A stretch of DNA of 64,000 nt from a virus. Taxonomy: Duplodnaviria > Caudoviricetes. Under the pieces are notes generated by a model, which was not told where the DNA came from, did not search any database, and saw only the letters and a list, made by a program, of their open reading frames with translations. The stretch lies in IMG/VR virus record IMGVR_UViG_3300025889_000115, positions 30 to 64,029 of that record. One strand, written 5' to 3'. Both the position numbers and the translations under genes were made by a program. Shown here piece after piece: positions 56,639-64,000 of this stretch (position 1 is its first letter; each line of letters starts with the position of its first letter).

Positions 56639-57069
56639 TGCTTGCTGAACTCGCTGCCGCCAACGCCGCCTTTGCCGTAATCAAGCAAGCCATCCAGAAT
56701 GGCAAGGACATAGCCTCTGCTGGCAGTGCCGTTGCAGAGTTTGTGGGTGCCAAAGAGAAGCTGCAAGCCAAGGCCCAGAAGAAGGGTGGCGGCTCTGACC
56801 TCGAAGAGTTTATGGCTCTGGAAAAGCTCAAGCAACAGGAAGACGAACTCAAAACCATTATGATTTACGCTGGTCGGCCCGGGCTATGGAGCGACTGGCA
56901 GAGGTTTCAGGCCAAGGCGCGGGTTGCTAGGCGCGAGGCAGTTGTTGCATCCGCAGCCAGACGCAAGAAGATTATAGACATCACAATCATCGGGGCATTT
57001 GTGCTGTGCTTTCTTGCCATTCTAGGCGCACTTTTTGCCCTAATCTTACACCATCAAGGGAGGTTATAA
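56638..57069 (+). CDS. Coiled-coil protein with C-terminal TM
   Basis: Homolog of 24686..25120. Confidence 0.75.
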   Translation: MLAELAAANAAFAVIKQAIQNGKDIASAGSAVAEFVGAKEKLQAKAQKKGGGSDLEEFMALEKLKQQEDELKTIMIYAGRPGLWSDWQRFQAKARVARREAVVASAARRKKIIDITIIGAFVLCFLAILGALFALILHHQGRL

Positions 57070-57275
57070 TGGATATTACAATGGAGCGCTTCTTGGCGTG
57101 GAGGATACTGCCGCGTCTTATGATGTTCGTGATGACATTCATGTATATCCGCGTCATTGAGTGGGGCATGTCCCTCGAAGACATCACAACCCAGCAGAGT
57201 GCCATGGTCAGTGTCGTCAGCGGTGCCATGACTGGTGCTTTTGCTGTGTGGCTTGGAAGCGAGAAAAAGGCATGA
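57069..57275 (+). CDS. Two-TM holin-like protein
   Basis: WRILPRLMM...QSAMVSVVSGAMTGAFAVW. Confidence 0.65.
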   Translation: MDITMERFLAWRILPRLMMFVMTFMYIRVIEWGMSLEDITTQQSAMVSVVSGAMTGAFAVWLGSEKKA

Positions 57276-57448
57276 ATGTGGCCTGGTCATTAGTGCTGGT
57301 CACTGCGGTGTCAGCCACGGAATATAATGTTGAGCCTATTACCACAACTGAGACGATGGCTGAGTGTTACTTCCAAAGTACCGAGGTTAATTGGCAGTCA
57401 CACATACACAACAATCAAGAGCTTCTTTGCATAAGGATAGAGGAATGA
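57272..57448 (+). CDS. Small exported EC...C protein
   Basis: MNVAWSLVLVTAV...TMAEC...LLCIR. Confidence 0.6.
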   Translation: MNVAWSLVLVTAVSATEYNVEPITTTETMAECYFQSTEVNWQSHIHNNQELLCIRIEE

Positions 57449-57825
57449 TTCAAGCACTGATTCCCATCGTTGGCGAACTGGCCGGTGGCTGGCTCAAGGG
57501 CAAGGCCGCAGAGAAAGCCGCCAAGTCTCAGGTGAAGGTTGCCAAGGCCGAGGCAGAGGCCGAGGTAATGAAGACAGCCGCCACGCATGATTCCAAGTGG
57601 GAACTCATCATGGCGCAGTCCACACAGACATCCCTCAAAGACGAAATCGTCACGGTGATTGTGCTTATTCCTGTCGTGCTGGTGTTCATCCCCGGCATGG
57701 AAGATGTGGTGCAGAATGGCTTTGACCGGCTAAATGAACTACCCGACTGGTACCAATATTTGGTATTCTTGGTGTGCAGTGCCGCCCTTGGCATCAAAGG
57801 CTTGGATAAGTTCAGGAAGAAATGA
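57445..57825 (+). CDS. Holin-like membrane protein (3TM-type)
   Basis: WE......S.KDE...TM...GF..L..LP.WYQ...G.K. Confidence 0.7.
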   Translation: MIQALIPIVGELAGGWLKGKAAEKAAKSQVKVAKAEAEAEVMKTAATHDSKWELIMAQSTQTSLKDEIVTVIVLIPVVLVFIPGMEDVVQNGFDRLNELPDWYQYLVFLVCSAALGIKGLDKFRKK

Positions 57826-58019
57826 TGGCCCGCAAACCTGTTAAAACAAAGTCCCGCGTGAACGAGGCTGGTAACTACACCAAGCCTACTATGCGCAAAA
57901 GACTTTTCTCCAAAATCAAAGCTGGCGGCAAAGGTGGCAAGCCGGGGCAGTGGTCTGCCCGCAAGGCGCAGATGCTGGCCAAGCAGTACAAGTCAGCAGG
58001 GGGCGGCTATAAGAACTGA
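57822..58019 (+). CDS. Basic protein, DUF5872-like N-half
   Basis: Homolog of 24482. Confidence 0.7.
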   Translation: MMARKPVKTKSRVNEAGNYTKPTMRKRLFSKIKAGGKGGKPGQWSARKAQMLAKQYKSAGGGYKN

Positions 58020-58279
58020 TGGCACTCAAGAAATCACAACGAAGCCTGAAGTCTTGGACAAAGCAGAAATGGAGAACCAAGAGTGGTAAGCCGTCCACGC
58101 AGGGCCCGAAAGCTACCGGGGAGCGCTATCTACCGTCTAGAGCCATTAAAGCCCTCTCACCCAAAGAATATGCGGCGACCACGAGAGCGAAGAGGAAGGC
58201 TACTAGAGCCGGGAAACAAGTTAGCAAGCAACCAAAACGAATTGCGCAGAAGACAAGGCGCTACAGGAAGACAAAATGA
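58019..58279 (+). CDS. Basic protein, DUF5872-like C-half
   Basis: Homolog of 25132; TGATG-coupled to the N-half. Confidence 0.7.
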   Translation: MALKKSQRSLKSWTKQKWRTKSGKPSTQGPKATGERYLPSRAIKALSPKEYAATTRAKRKATRAGKQVSKQPKRIAQKTRRYRKTK

Positions 58280-58719
58280 ATCTAGTGAAACTGTGTGACG
58301 ACCTCAAAGCCGACGAGGGGAGTGTCAACGAGATTTACATTTGCCCGGCAGGGCATCCCACTTTTGGCGTAGGCCATATGATTACCAAGAAAGACCCTGA
58401 ACATGGTGAGCCAGTTGGCACTAGCATTAGCGATGAACGGGTACGGGAAGCCTTCGAGGCAGACATCACCATCACGCTACAAGATTGTGAGAAACTATAT
58501 CCTGACTTCGCTGACTTGCCAGAAGAGGTGCAGCTAATCATCGCCAACATGCTCTTCAACATGGGCTTGCCGCGCCTGTCCAAGTTCCGGGGCATGAAGG
58601 CTGCGGTGGACGACCGTGACTGGAACCGCGCAGCGGATGAGATGGTGGACAGTTTGTGGTATAACCAAGTGACAGCGCGGGCAGACCGTCTGGTGCAACG
58701 TATGAAAGAGGTAGTGTGA
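58276..58719 (+). CDS. Endolysin, T4-type lysozyme (GH24)
   Basis: DEG...IY.C..G.PT.GVGH, NM.FNMG, AA.EM.DS.W..Q...RA. Confidence 0.9.
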   Translation: MNLVKLCDDLKADEGSVNEIYICPAGHPTFGVGHMITKKDPEHGEPVGTSISDERVREAFEADITITLQDCEKLYPDFADLPEEVQLIIANMLFNMGLPRLSKFRGMKAAVDDRDWNRAADEMVDSLWYNQVTARADRLVQRMKEVV

Positions 58720-58865
58720 TGCCTGGTGCAAAGTATTCATCGAAGCAGAAAAAGATGGCGGCTGTAGCTTCGCCGCGTAACAAGATTACTGGTGCTGACT
58801 TCGCAAAGCTGCGAGGCAAGAAGAAGCCGACCATGGGTGCGGCCAAGAAGAAGCGCCGTGGCTAA
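58719..58865 (+). CDS. 48-aa Lys-rich peptide
   Basis: KYS.KQKK.AA...KITGAD; homolog of 25392. Confidence 0.7.
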   Translation: MPGAKYSSKQKKMAAVASPRNKITGADFAKLRGKKKPTMGAAKKKRRG

Positions 58866-59169
58866 GACTCCGGCATGGCAGCGCAAGGCTGGCAAGAACC
58901 CGAAGGGTGGCTTGAACGAGGCTGGGCGTCGTTCTGCCAAGAAGCAGGGCATGAACCTCAAGCGTCCTGTGAAGAAGGGCGACAACCCGCGCCGTGCATC
59001 CTTCCTTGCCCGCATGGCTGGAATGAAAGGCCCGGAGCGTGACGCAAAGGGCAAGCCGACCAGGCTCTTGCTCTCTCTACGGGCATGGGGTGCCTCTAGC
59101 AAGGCTGACGCTAGGAAGAAGGCGTCAGGCATATCCAAGCGGAACAAGGCCAAGAAAGCCAGAGCGTGA
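58858..59169 (+). CDS. Basic protein (DUF6321-like)
   Basis: GTG start; homolog of 25508. Confidence 0.75.
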   Translation: MAKTPAWQRKAGKNPKGGLNEAGRRSAKKQGMNLKRPVKKGDNPRRASFLARMAGMKGPERDAKGKPTRLLLSLRAWGASSKADARKKASGISKRNKAKKARA

Positions 59170-59291
59170 TGCCTCGCAACCCGCAAGCCCGCAGCCTGAT
59201 GAGCAAGCTGTTCAAGCCGCGCATCCTCAAGCCCAAGAAGGGCAAGGGTAGTTACTCCCGTAAAAAAGAACCCCGCCGAAGCGGGGCTTAG
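59169..59291 (+). CDS. arfA: ArfA-like alternative ribosome rescue factor (40 aa)
   Basis: MPRNPQARSLMSKLFKPRILKPKKGKGSYSRKKEPRRSGA; TGATG coupling. Confidence 0.72.
   Translation: MPRNPQARSLMSKLFKPRILKPKKGKGSYSRKKEPRRSGA
59262..59288 (-). terminator. Rho-independent terminator of minus-strand operon
   Basis: Minus strand CCCCGC-TTCG-GCGGGG-TTCTTTTTT. Confidence 0.85.
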
Positions 59292-59317
59292 TGGCTAGGT
59301 TACCTAGCTGGGAGGAA

Positions 59318-59551
59318 CTACTCAATTCTCCAAATTCTGTACCCAGTACCGTTAGGTTCCTTGCGTGAGCGGTACTCCATGCCTCTGTACCTCATAGCCG
59401 CGCGAACCTTCTCGAAATCACGCTCGGTTGTCGCAACTAGGCTGTCACCAACCTCCATACCAGAAAGTATATTCCACCTGTCGCGTCTGCCGCCGGGTAT
59501 TGGTATGCCTTTTTCAAGCACCACTTGATTGCACTCTGCGCACTTTTTCAA
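59318..59551 (-). CDS. Small putative DNA-binding protein
   Basis: Homolog of 26007; AGGAGG + TTG start. Confidence 0.65.
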   Translation of the reverse strand: MKKCAECNQVVLEKGIPIPGGRRDRWNILSGMEVGDSLVATTERDFEKVRAAMRYRGMEYRSRKEPNGTGYRIWRIE

Positions 59552-59702
59552 AGCACCCTCCTGTCTGCGTGTCATAGCAAAGCTTATGTCCGTTCCCATT
59601 CGCAACCCACGTTCCATCCATGACATAATGCTCCTTACCGCAGAACTCACAGTTTAATTTCCTTGTGTCTCGGTTCTTGGTTTTCGGTTTTCTTTTCCTC
59701 AC
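59514..59702 (-). CDS. Small Cys-containing protein
   Basis: Homolog of 26203. Confidence 0.6.
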   Translation of the reverse strand: MRKRKPKTKNRDTRKLNCEFCGKEHYVMDGTWVANGNGHKLCYDTQTGGCFEKVRRVQSSGA

Positions 59703-59856
59703 GTTGGGCCTCCAATCCCGCATTGAGGAAGCGCCCGGCCATCCAGAGTAGCTGTGTTGAGTCCATGTCTCTGTAGTAGGACACGCCCTCTATACTAACC
59801 AGCACTCCTTCTGGCCTAGGCACTACCAAGATTTGCTTAGAAGGGGATGTCATCAT
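59647..59856 (-). CDS. Hypothetical protein
   Basis: Homolog of 26345. Confidence 0.65.
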   Translation of the reverse strand: MMTSPSKQILVVPRPEGVLVSIEGVSYYRDMDSTQLLWMAGRFLNAGLEAQREEKKTENQEPRHKEIKL

Positions 59857-60169
59857 CCAAAGACATCTTTGGCTTACGCGCAGTTTCCTGAACGCCAGCC
59901 GCTTCTGCCACCTGTTTGAATCCACCTTGCGAAACGTCGTCAGCTACGCTGTCTGTGCCGGTGTATTCAATAGGCTGTTCGACCTTTAACGTGATGCTGC
60001 CGTCGTCGTTCTCGTACACGCGCACAGAATACTGTACGTCATGCCTGAGATGCACATCCGCTGGCGCACCGTCCTTGTACGGCGTCCACTTGCTGTTGCC
60101 AAACTTGGCAGCACCCTTGTCGTTGGGCCAAGCCCGGAACTGGGTGATTGGTTTCCACTGTCTTGCCAT
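59837..60169 (-). CDS. SSB-like protein
   Basis: DDDIPF tail; homolog of 26529. Confidence 0.7.
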   Translation of the reverse strand: MARQWKPITQFRAWPNDKGAAKFGNSKWTPYKDGAPADVHLRHDVQYSVRVYENDDGSITLKVEQPIEYTGTDSVADDVSQGGFKQVAEAAGVQETARKPKMSLDDDIPF

Positions 60170-60171
60170 GA

Positions 60172-60828
60172 TTAACCTCCAAGGCTCTGTTCGTGCTTTT
60201 GAAATAGGTCAAAGAGCGCCTGCGCACGTTGAGGATTGCGCTTCTTGACATCCATGATGAGGTGCTTGTTCTCAGCGAACAGGTTATGGACACCGCCAAC
60301 CATCTTTATGTTCTCCAGCCTAGACTTCACCTGAACGTATAGATGACGGTCAGATTCTTCATGGGCATCAGGCGACGTCTCGACAGGGGATGGAGGGTTC
60401 CCGCTGGAGCCGCCGCCTGAACTGGATGTCTCCAAGTTCTGCTGCTTCCTCGGCACAGCCTCCATTTCATTAGCACTGGCATACTCACCACCGGACAGAC
60501 CGATGCTTGCCAGCGCCCTACCAATGGCAGATGTCTCACAGTTTTCCAAGGCGCTTGTCTTGTTGACGTTGCCTTGGCCCCTGATTTCCTCTGCCATCCC
60601 TGAGCCAACGATGTGACCATTATGGTCTGTGACAACGGCTTTTACAACCACACGCTGCCCGTCGTCCACGAGAATCTCCGTGTCAACGCCGCACTCAAGG
60701 CCGAAGACGGTTCGGAACGCCTCCATGCGGTGGACAACCTGGGTGTACTTCTTGCCACCCCGTTGCGCTATCCCGTGGGATTTGTGCAATTCGGAGACAA
60801 GCCCCATTGCATCAATCATCTTGCTCAT
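60172..60828 (-). CDS. Single-strand annealing protein (Rad52/Sak-like)
   Basis: Homolog of 26864. Confidence 0.75.
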   Translation of the reverse strand: MSKMIDAMGLVSELHKSHGIAQRGGKKYTQVVHRMEAFRTVFGLECGVDTEILVDDGQRVVVKAVVTDHNGHIVGSGMAEEIRGQGNVNKTSALENCETSAIGRALASIGLSGGEYASANEMEAVPRKQQNLETSSSGGGSSGNPPSPVETSPDAHEESDRHLYVQVKSRLENIKMVGGVHNLFAENKHLIMDVKKRNPQRAQALFDLFQKHEQSLGG

Positions 60829-60976
60829 CTGTTACCTTTCCTTTGTGCAAATGGTCTGCCATCAAGTGCATGAAGACAGTCCAAGCCGCCTTCATGTCAC
60901 TCATCTCTGCCTGTAGCTCGGCTAGCCTTTTCTCAAGCCGGTCTACCTGCTGTTGTAGTTCACCAACGTCAGGCAT
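60812..60976 (-). CDS. Small coiled-coil protein
   Basis: Homolog of 27513. Confidence 0.65.
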   Translation of the reverse strand: MPDVGELQQQVDRLEKRLAELQAEMSDMKAAWTVFMHLMADHLHKGKVTDEQDD

Positions 60977-61226
60977 TGGCAGCTTTGGGCAGACTGCGCC
61001 CGTCAACCCGCCACACCCGGAACCCTTCGTCAACACGCCGTGAAACATAGGCTTTGTTATGCTTCCACAGTGTCTTGATAATCCGCCTGTACACAACCTC
61101 GTTGGGACACAGTACGCTGTCGCCGGGCTTCATCTGCAAGGCAAGTTCGCTTTCGCTACTCATGGTGCGGCCGGAACCGGGCTTGCGCTTAGGGATTGAA
61201 ATGTCACGTTCGATTTTTAGTTTCAT
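60969..61226 (-). CDS. Small putative DNA-binding protein
   Basis: Homolog of 27668. Confidence 0.7.
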   Translation of the reverse strand: MKLKIERDISIPKRKPGSGRTMSSESELALQMKPGDSVLCPNEVVYRRIIKTLWKHNKAYVSRRVDEGFRVWRVDGRSLPKAANA

Positions 61227-61228
61227 AG

Positions 61229-62119
61229 CTAAACCCTCCAAATTTCTCTAGCTATCTTCACGATGTCAGGGCCATGGCGGCCCGCGATTTGACCAAAGTC
61301 CGGCTGGACAAGGCCAAAGAGGTTGCTCCAGTTGCCATTCGCAGCCTTGAGCAAGTTCTGTTGCACCACCCAGCGCTGCACTACGTCCTGATAAGTTGCC
61401 TCTAGGGCTTCAGGCTTTAGTGCGTCGCAGTTTTCGGCGGTGACGATGTTGTAGCCAGCAGGGGTCACAAACAGGAGGCCTGGCGCATCACCTGTCGCCT
61501 TCCAATAGACTGCCTGTTGCATGATTTGCTGGGGAAGCGGTTCGGTCTTAGGCTTTGGGTTGCGCCAAGTGCGGGTGCCGTCTTTCTTCGGTGGGTTTCG
61601 CATTGGCAAGCTGCACTTCAGGTCAACTTGTCGGCCAGACCCCGTGAAGTCTTGGAACAGGATGACCGGGACATCCAGCTTTTCCTCAATGTAGAGCCGC
61701 TGGTATTCGCCCTCGAACTCGTCGTCTCCGTAGAACTCCTTGATGCCGTCAACAGCGTATCTCGCCATCTCCGGTATGACTTCCTTGAAGTGGTGGTACT
61801 CTTCTGCATCCTTTCCCCCGTCCCAGTCACGCGGCTTGTAAAACTCGAACTCAGTCATGCCTTTACGCACAGCTTCGTCAAAGTCTATTGGCTCCTTGCG
61901 GCCATAGATAGGGCTGTAGTCGTGGACGCCCAGTGCCATGTCCGCTATGCTTTGAACTATCTGACCAGCACGGGGCCGGGCCGCAAAGGGGAAATTAATC
62001 TTGTGTTCTTTACGCAAGAACAACTTCAGGACATGCTCGTCAATCGGCTGCGTTGCACCCGACGCGCTGACATGCTGCCGTCCGAAGAACAGGCTGTAAT
62101 CAGGGATTGTTCTTTCCAT
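61229..62119 (-). CDS. PD-(D/E)xK exonuclease
   Basis: Homolog of 27994. Confidence 0.75.
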   Translation of the reverse strand: MERTIPDYSLFFGRQHVSASGATQPIDEHVLKLFLRKEHKINFPFAARPRAGQIVQSIADMALGVHDYSPIYGRKEPIDFDEAVRKGMTEFEFYKPRDWDGGKDAEEYHHFKEVIPEMARYAVDGIKEFYGDDEFEGEYQRLYIEEKLDVPVILFQDFTGSGRQVDLKCSLPMRNPPKKDGTRTWRNPKPKTEPLPQQIMQQAVYWKATGDAPGLLFVTPAGYNIVTAENCDALKPEALEATYQDVVQRWVVQQNLLKAANGNWSNLFGLVQPDFGQIAGRHGPDIVKIAREIWRV

Positions 62120-62137
62120 GTGACCCTCCATATCCAC

Positions 62138-62166
62138 GTTCTAAACATTTCCAACATAGGTGTCAA
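62138..62166 (-). promoter_or_regulatory. Sigma70 promoter
   Basis: TTGACA-17 bp-TAGAAC. Confidence 0.75.
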
Positions 62167-62168
62167 CA

Positions 62169-62372
62169 ATGTTTTTAGTCTTTGATTCGGATGAGTTGGT
62201 TGATTGCGTGAGGTGTGAGGGCAACGGGGTAATCCCCATTGACTTGTATGAGCATAGCGAAATAGGGTTCGGCATCACCCGTAGTTTTTCTTGTGAGTGT
62301 GGGGTGTGTGGAGGCGAGGGTAAACTGATGCCCTATTTTGAAATCGAATATGATTCTGAGGCCAGCGATTGA
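62169..62372 (+). CDS. DnaJ-type zinc-finger protein
   Basis: Homolog of 28934. Confidence 0.7.
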   Translation: MFLVFDSDELVDCVRCEGNGVIPIDLYEHSEIGFGITRSFSCECGVCGGEGKLMPYFEIEYDSEASD

Positions 62373-62932
62373 TTGTCTGCCGGTACGCGCATCGTGATGA
62401 CGAGGTGCCGGTGGGGCGGGAGGTTTATCCTCTGGGTGGTTGGCATGGGGCCAAGGGCTATGTGCTATGGAGTGAAGACATGACCAATGGACGTGCAAAA
62501 GGCGCACAATTTGAACGCACTATTGCGAATATGTGCCGTGACTCTCTAGGCTATGAGGCGAAACGAGACCTCGAACAATACAGAAGCGGTGACCGGGGTG
62601 ACCTGATTGGGGTGCCTGGCTGGGTCATAGAGTGTAAACGCTACGCCTCGGGCTCGACATACAGAGATGACTGGTGGCGGCAAGTGACCAAGGCAGCAGA
62701 CGTTGCTATGTGTGAGCCTGTCCTCATCTATAAGTATGACCGCCAGCCTATCCGCTGTGTGGTTTTCCTATCGGCCATCAACCCAGATTTTTGGGGCAAG
62801 GCCGACACTGCCACGGTCAGCTTTGATACGTGGTGCATGATTGTCAGGGAGGGATTGACAGATGAAGAGCGCAGCCGACATGAGCATGGACGAGTTCCGC
62901 AACCTATTGGCCACGGTGACAGCCACGCCTGA
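62369..62932 (+). CDS. Holliday junction resolvase-like nuclease (core starts at ATG 62480)
   Basis: Homolog of 29115. Confidence 0.75.
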   Translation: MIVCRYAHRDDEVPVGREVYPLGGWHGAKGYVLWSEDMTNGRAKGAQFERTIANMCRDSLGYEAKRDLEQYRSGDRGDLIGVPGWVIECKRYASGSTYRDDWWRQVTKAADVAMCEPVLIYKYDRQPIRCVVFLSAINPDFWGKADTATVSFDTWCMIVREGLTDEERSRHEHGRVPQPIGHGDSHA

Positions 62933-63062
62933 TGTTCCGCCGACTCCGCCCGGGCGTTACCAGCGCAAGGTAAAGCCGACGGCAGCGCAGCAACCGTTCT
63001 GGAACAGGCGCAAGCCGGGTACAAACAAGCGGGCTAAATCGCGTCAGCCTTCTCGCACCTGA
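62862..63062 (+). CDS. Small basic protein
   Basis: Homolog of 29626. Confidence 0.6.
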   Translation: MKSAADMSMDEFRNLLATVTATPDVPPTPPGRYQRKVKPTAAQQPFWNRRKPGTNKRAKSRQPSRT

Positions 63063-63228
63063 AGTGGGCTTGCATAGGCGCGGGGAACAGTGGGATGACA
63101 GCCTTTGCCATCTCCATGCCCCGTGCGTAGCACTCCTGCTCTGTGTCTTTTAGTCCTGTTGTGTCTTCAAACAGGGCGCACTCATTCGGCTGCCCTATTA
63201 CGCACACCAGTACGAGCGCCTTAAACAT
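63034..63228 (-). CDS. Small exported Cys-containing protein
   Basis: Homolog of 29798. Confidence 0.65.
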   Translation of the reverse strand: MFKALVLVCVIGQPNECALFEDTTGLKDTEQECYARGMEMAKAVIPLFPAPMQAHFRCEKADAI

Positions 63229-63276
63229 GTCAACGCTCCTTTCTCTTCAAGCCTAGCATTAAGTGGGGGCATATTG

Positions 63277-64000
63277 CTAATCGCCCCCCTCCCATACCGG
63301 CGGTGTGTGGTCCGGCCCGTAAAACTCTTCCGGCATCTTGTTGCTTTTGGCTAGGTTTTCCTCTGCGGTAATCACTTGCAGATTCCACGGCACATGCAGC
63401 CCGCAGACCGCTTCTCCGTTGCGCGGATAGTAGTGGTCAACGTGATGCTTTACGCCGGTCTGTCGCGTCTTTCTCGCTGCCTCTTTGTAAAAGGGGGCAA
63501 AGACCTTTGGGTCAATCCCCTTGGGCATTGCTTCCCTCAAGTACCTGCGGCGCAGTTGCGCTTCAAGTTTCCGCTGCTCCCTGTGTTCGATGTCCTCCGC
63601 CCACCGTTCCCGCTGGCGCGTCCGGTGCCGTTCTTTGCGCTTCTGTTTCTTTTCTTCGGGGACATCCACAAAATAACGCTGGTAGTGTTCGCGATGCAGG
63701 TTGGGGTTTTCCTCAAAGCATTTCTTGCGCCACTCCTTGTAACGCTCCCTGCCGCCGCGCTCGTGGTAGTATTCGTAATGAGACTGCAAAACTTTGTCGT
63801 GGTTCTTACGCTTCCATTTTTTTGAGCCCTCCTTGTGACAAGCTACGCAATGCCCATATGGCAGCATTCTTTCGGACAGGTGGCCTTTGGGGCAGGGTTT
63901 ACCATTGAAGTAGAACCGTTGTCCGGCTTTCTCTGCCTCCTGCCGGGTCATTATCTTCTGGCCAATCTTAGCCTCTAACTCTGCGACGTGCCGCGCCCGC
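63277..64000 (-). CDS. HNH endonuclease (5' end outside window)
   Basis: Near-identical to 30041..30931. Confidence 0.88.
   Translation of the reverse strand, partial: RARHVAELEAKIGQKIMTRQEAEKAGQRFYFNGKPCPKGHLSERMLPYGHCVACHKEGSKKWKRKNHDKVLQSHYEYYHERGGRERYKEWRKKCFEENPNLHREHYQRYFVDVPEEKKQKRKERHRTRQRERWAEDIEHREQRKLEAQLRRRYLREAMPKGIDPKVFAPFYKEAARKTRQTGVKHHVDHYYPRNGEAVCGLHVPWNLQVITAEENLAKSNKMPEEFYGPDHTPPVWEGGD

Larger units (their letters stand above)
35481..64000. mobile_element. Second, diverged podophage genome unit B (truncated by window end)
   Basis: Same gene order as unit A with many synonymous and amino-acid changes; different ejection, fibre and lysis modules. Confidence 0.9.

Noticed and set aside
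1-64000. Simple terminal redundancy or exact tandem duplication
   Set aside because: The copies differ throughout and have non-homologous modules

Overview
The whole 64-kb window is phage DNA. It holds two related but clearly non-identical podophage genomes in head-to-tail order. Position 1 corresponds to position 35481, giving a 35,480-bp unit, and the second copy runs off the window end. Both have a T7-/HTVC010P-like late operon on +: terminase, portal, scaffold, major capsid, tail tubular A/B, GNAT-like protein, internal virion proteins, fibres, lysis genes and a cluster of very basic small proteins. Both also have a mostly minus-strand early/middle region: SSB-like protein, Rad52/Sak-like annealing protein, PD-(D/E)xK exonuclease, Holliday junction resolvase and HNH endonuclease. 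An XRE regulator and a GP88-like protein lie in the single-copy stretch between the units. I recognise no DNA polymerase, helicase, primase, RNA polymerase or integrase, and no host genes. The two copies have conserved head/tail-tube and recombination genes but swapped ejection, fibre and lysis modules. The most notable signals not in the ORF track are: (1) a 40-aa ArfA-like (alternative ribosome rescue factor) gene ending the late operon in both copies; (2) a DUF5872-like protein split into two genes; (3) a conserved structured RNA in the capsid leader; (4) GCAA-N5-TTGC palindrome arrays next to an unannotated XRE gene; (5) repeated RBS/start cassettes among early genes. All family assignments are by-eye motif recognition; no database searches were run.
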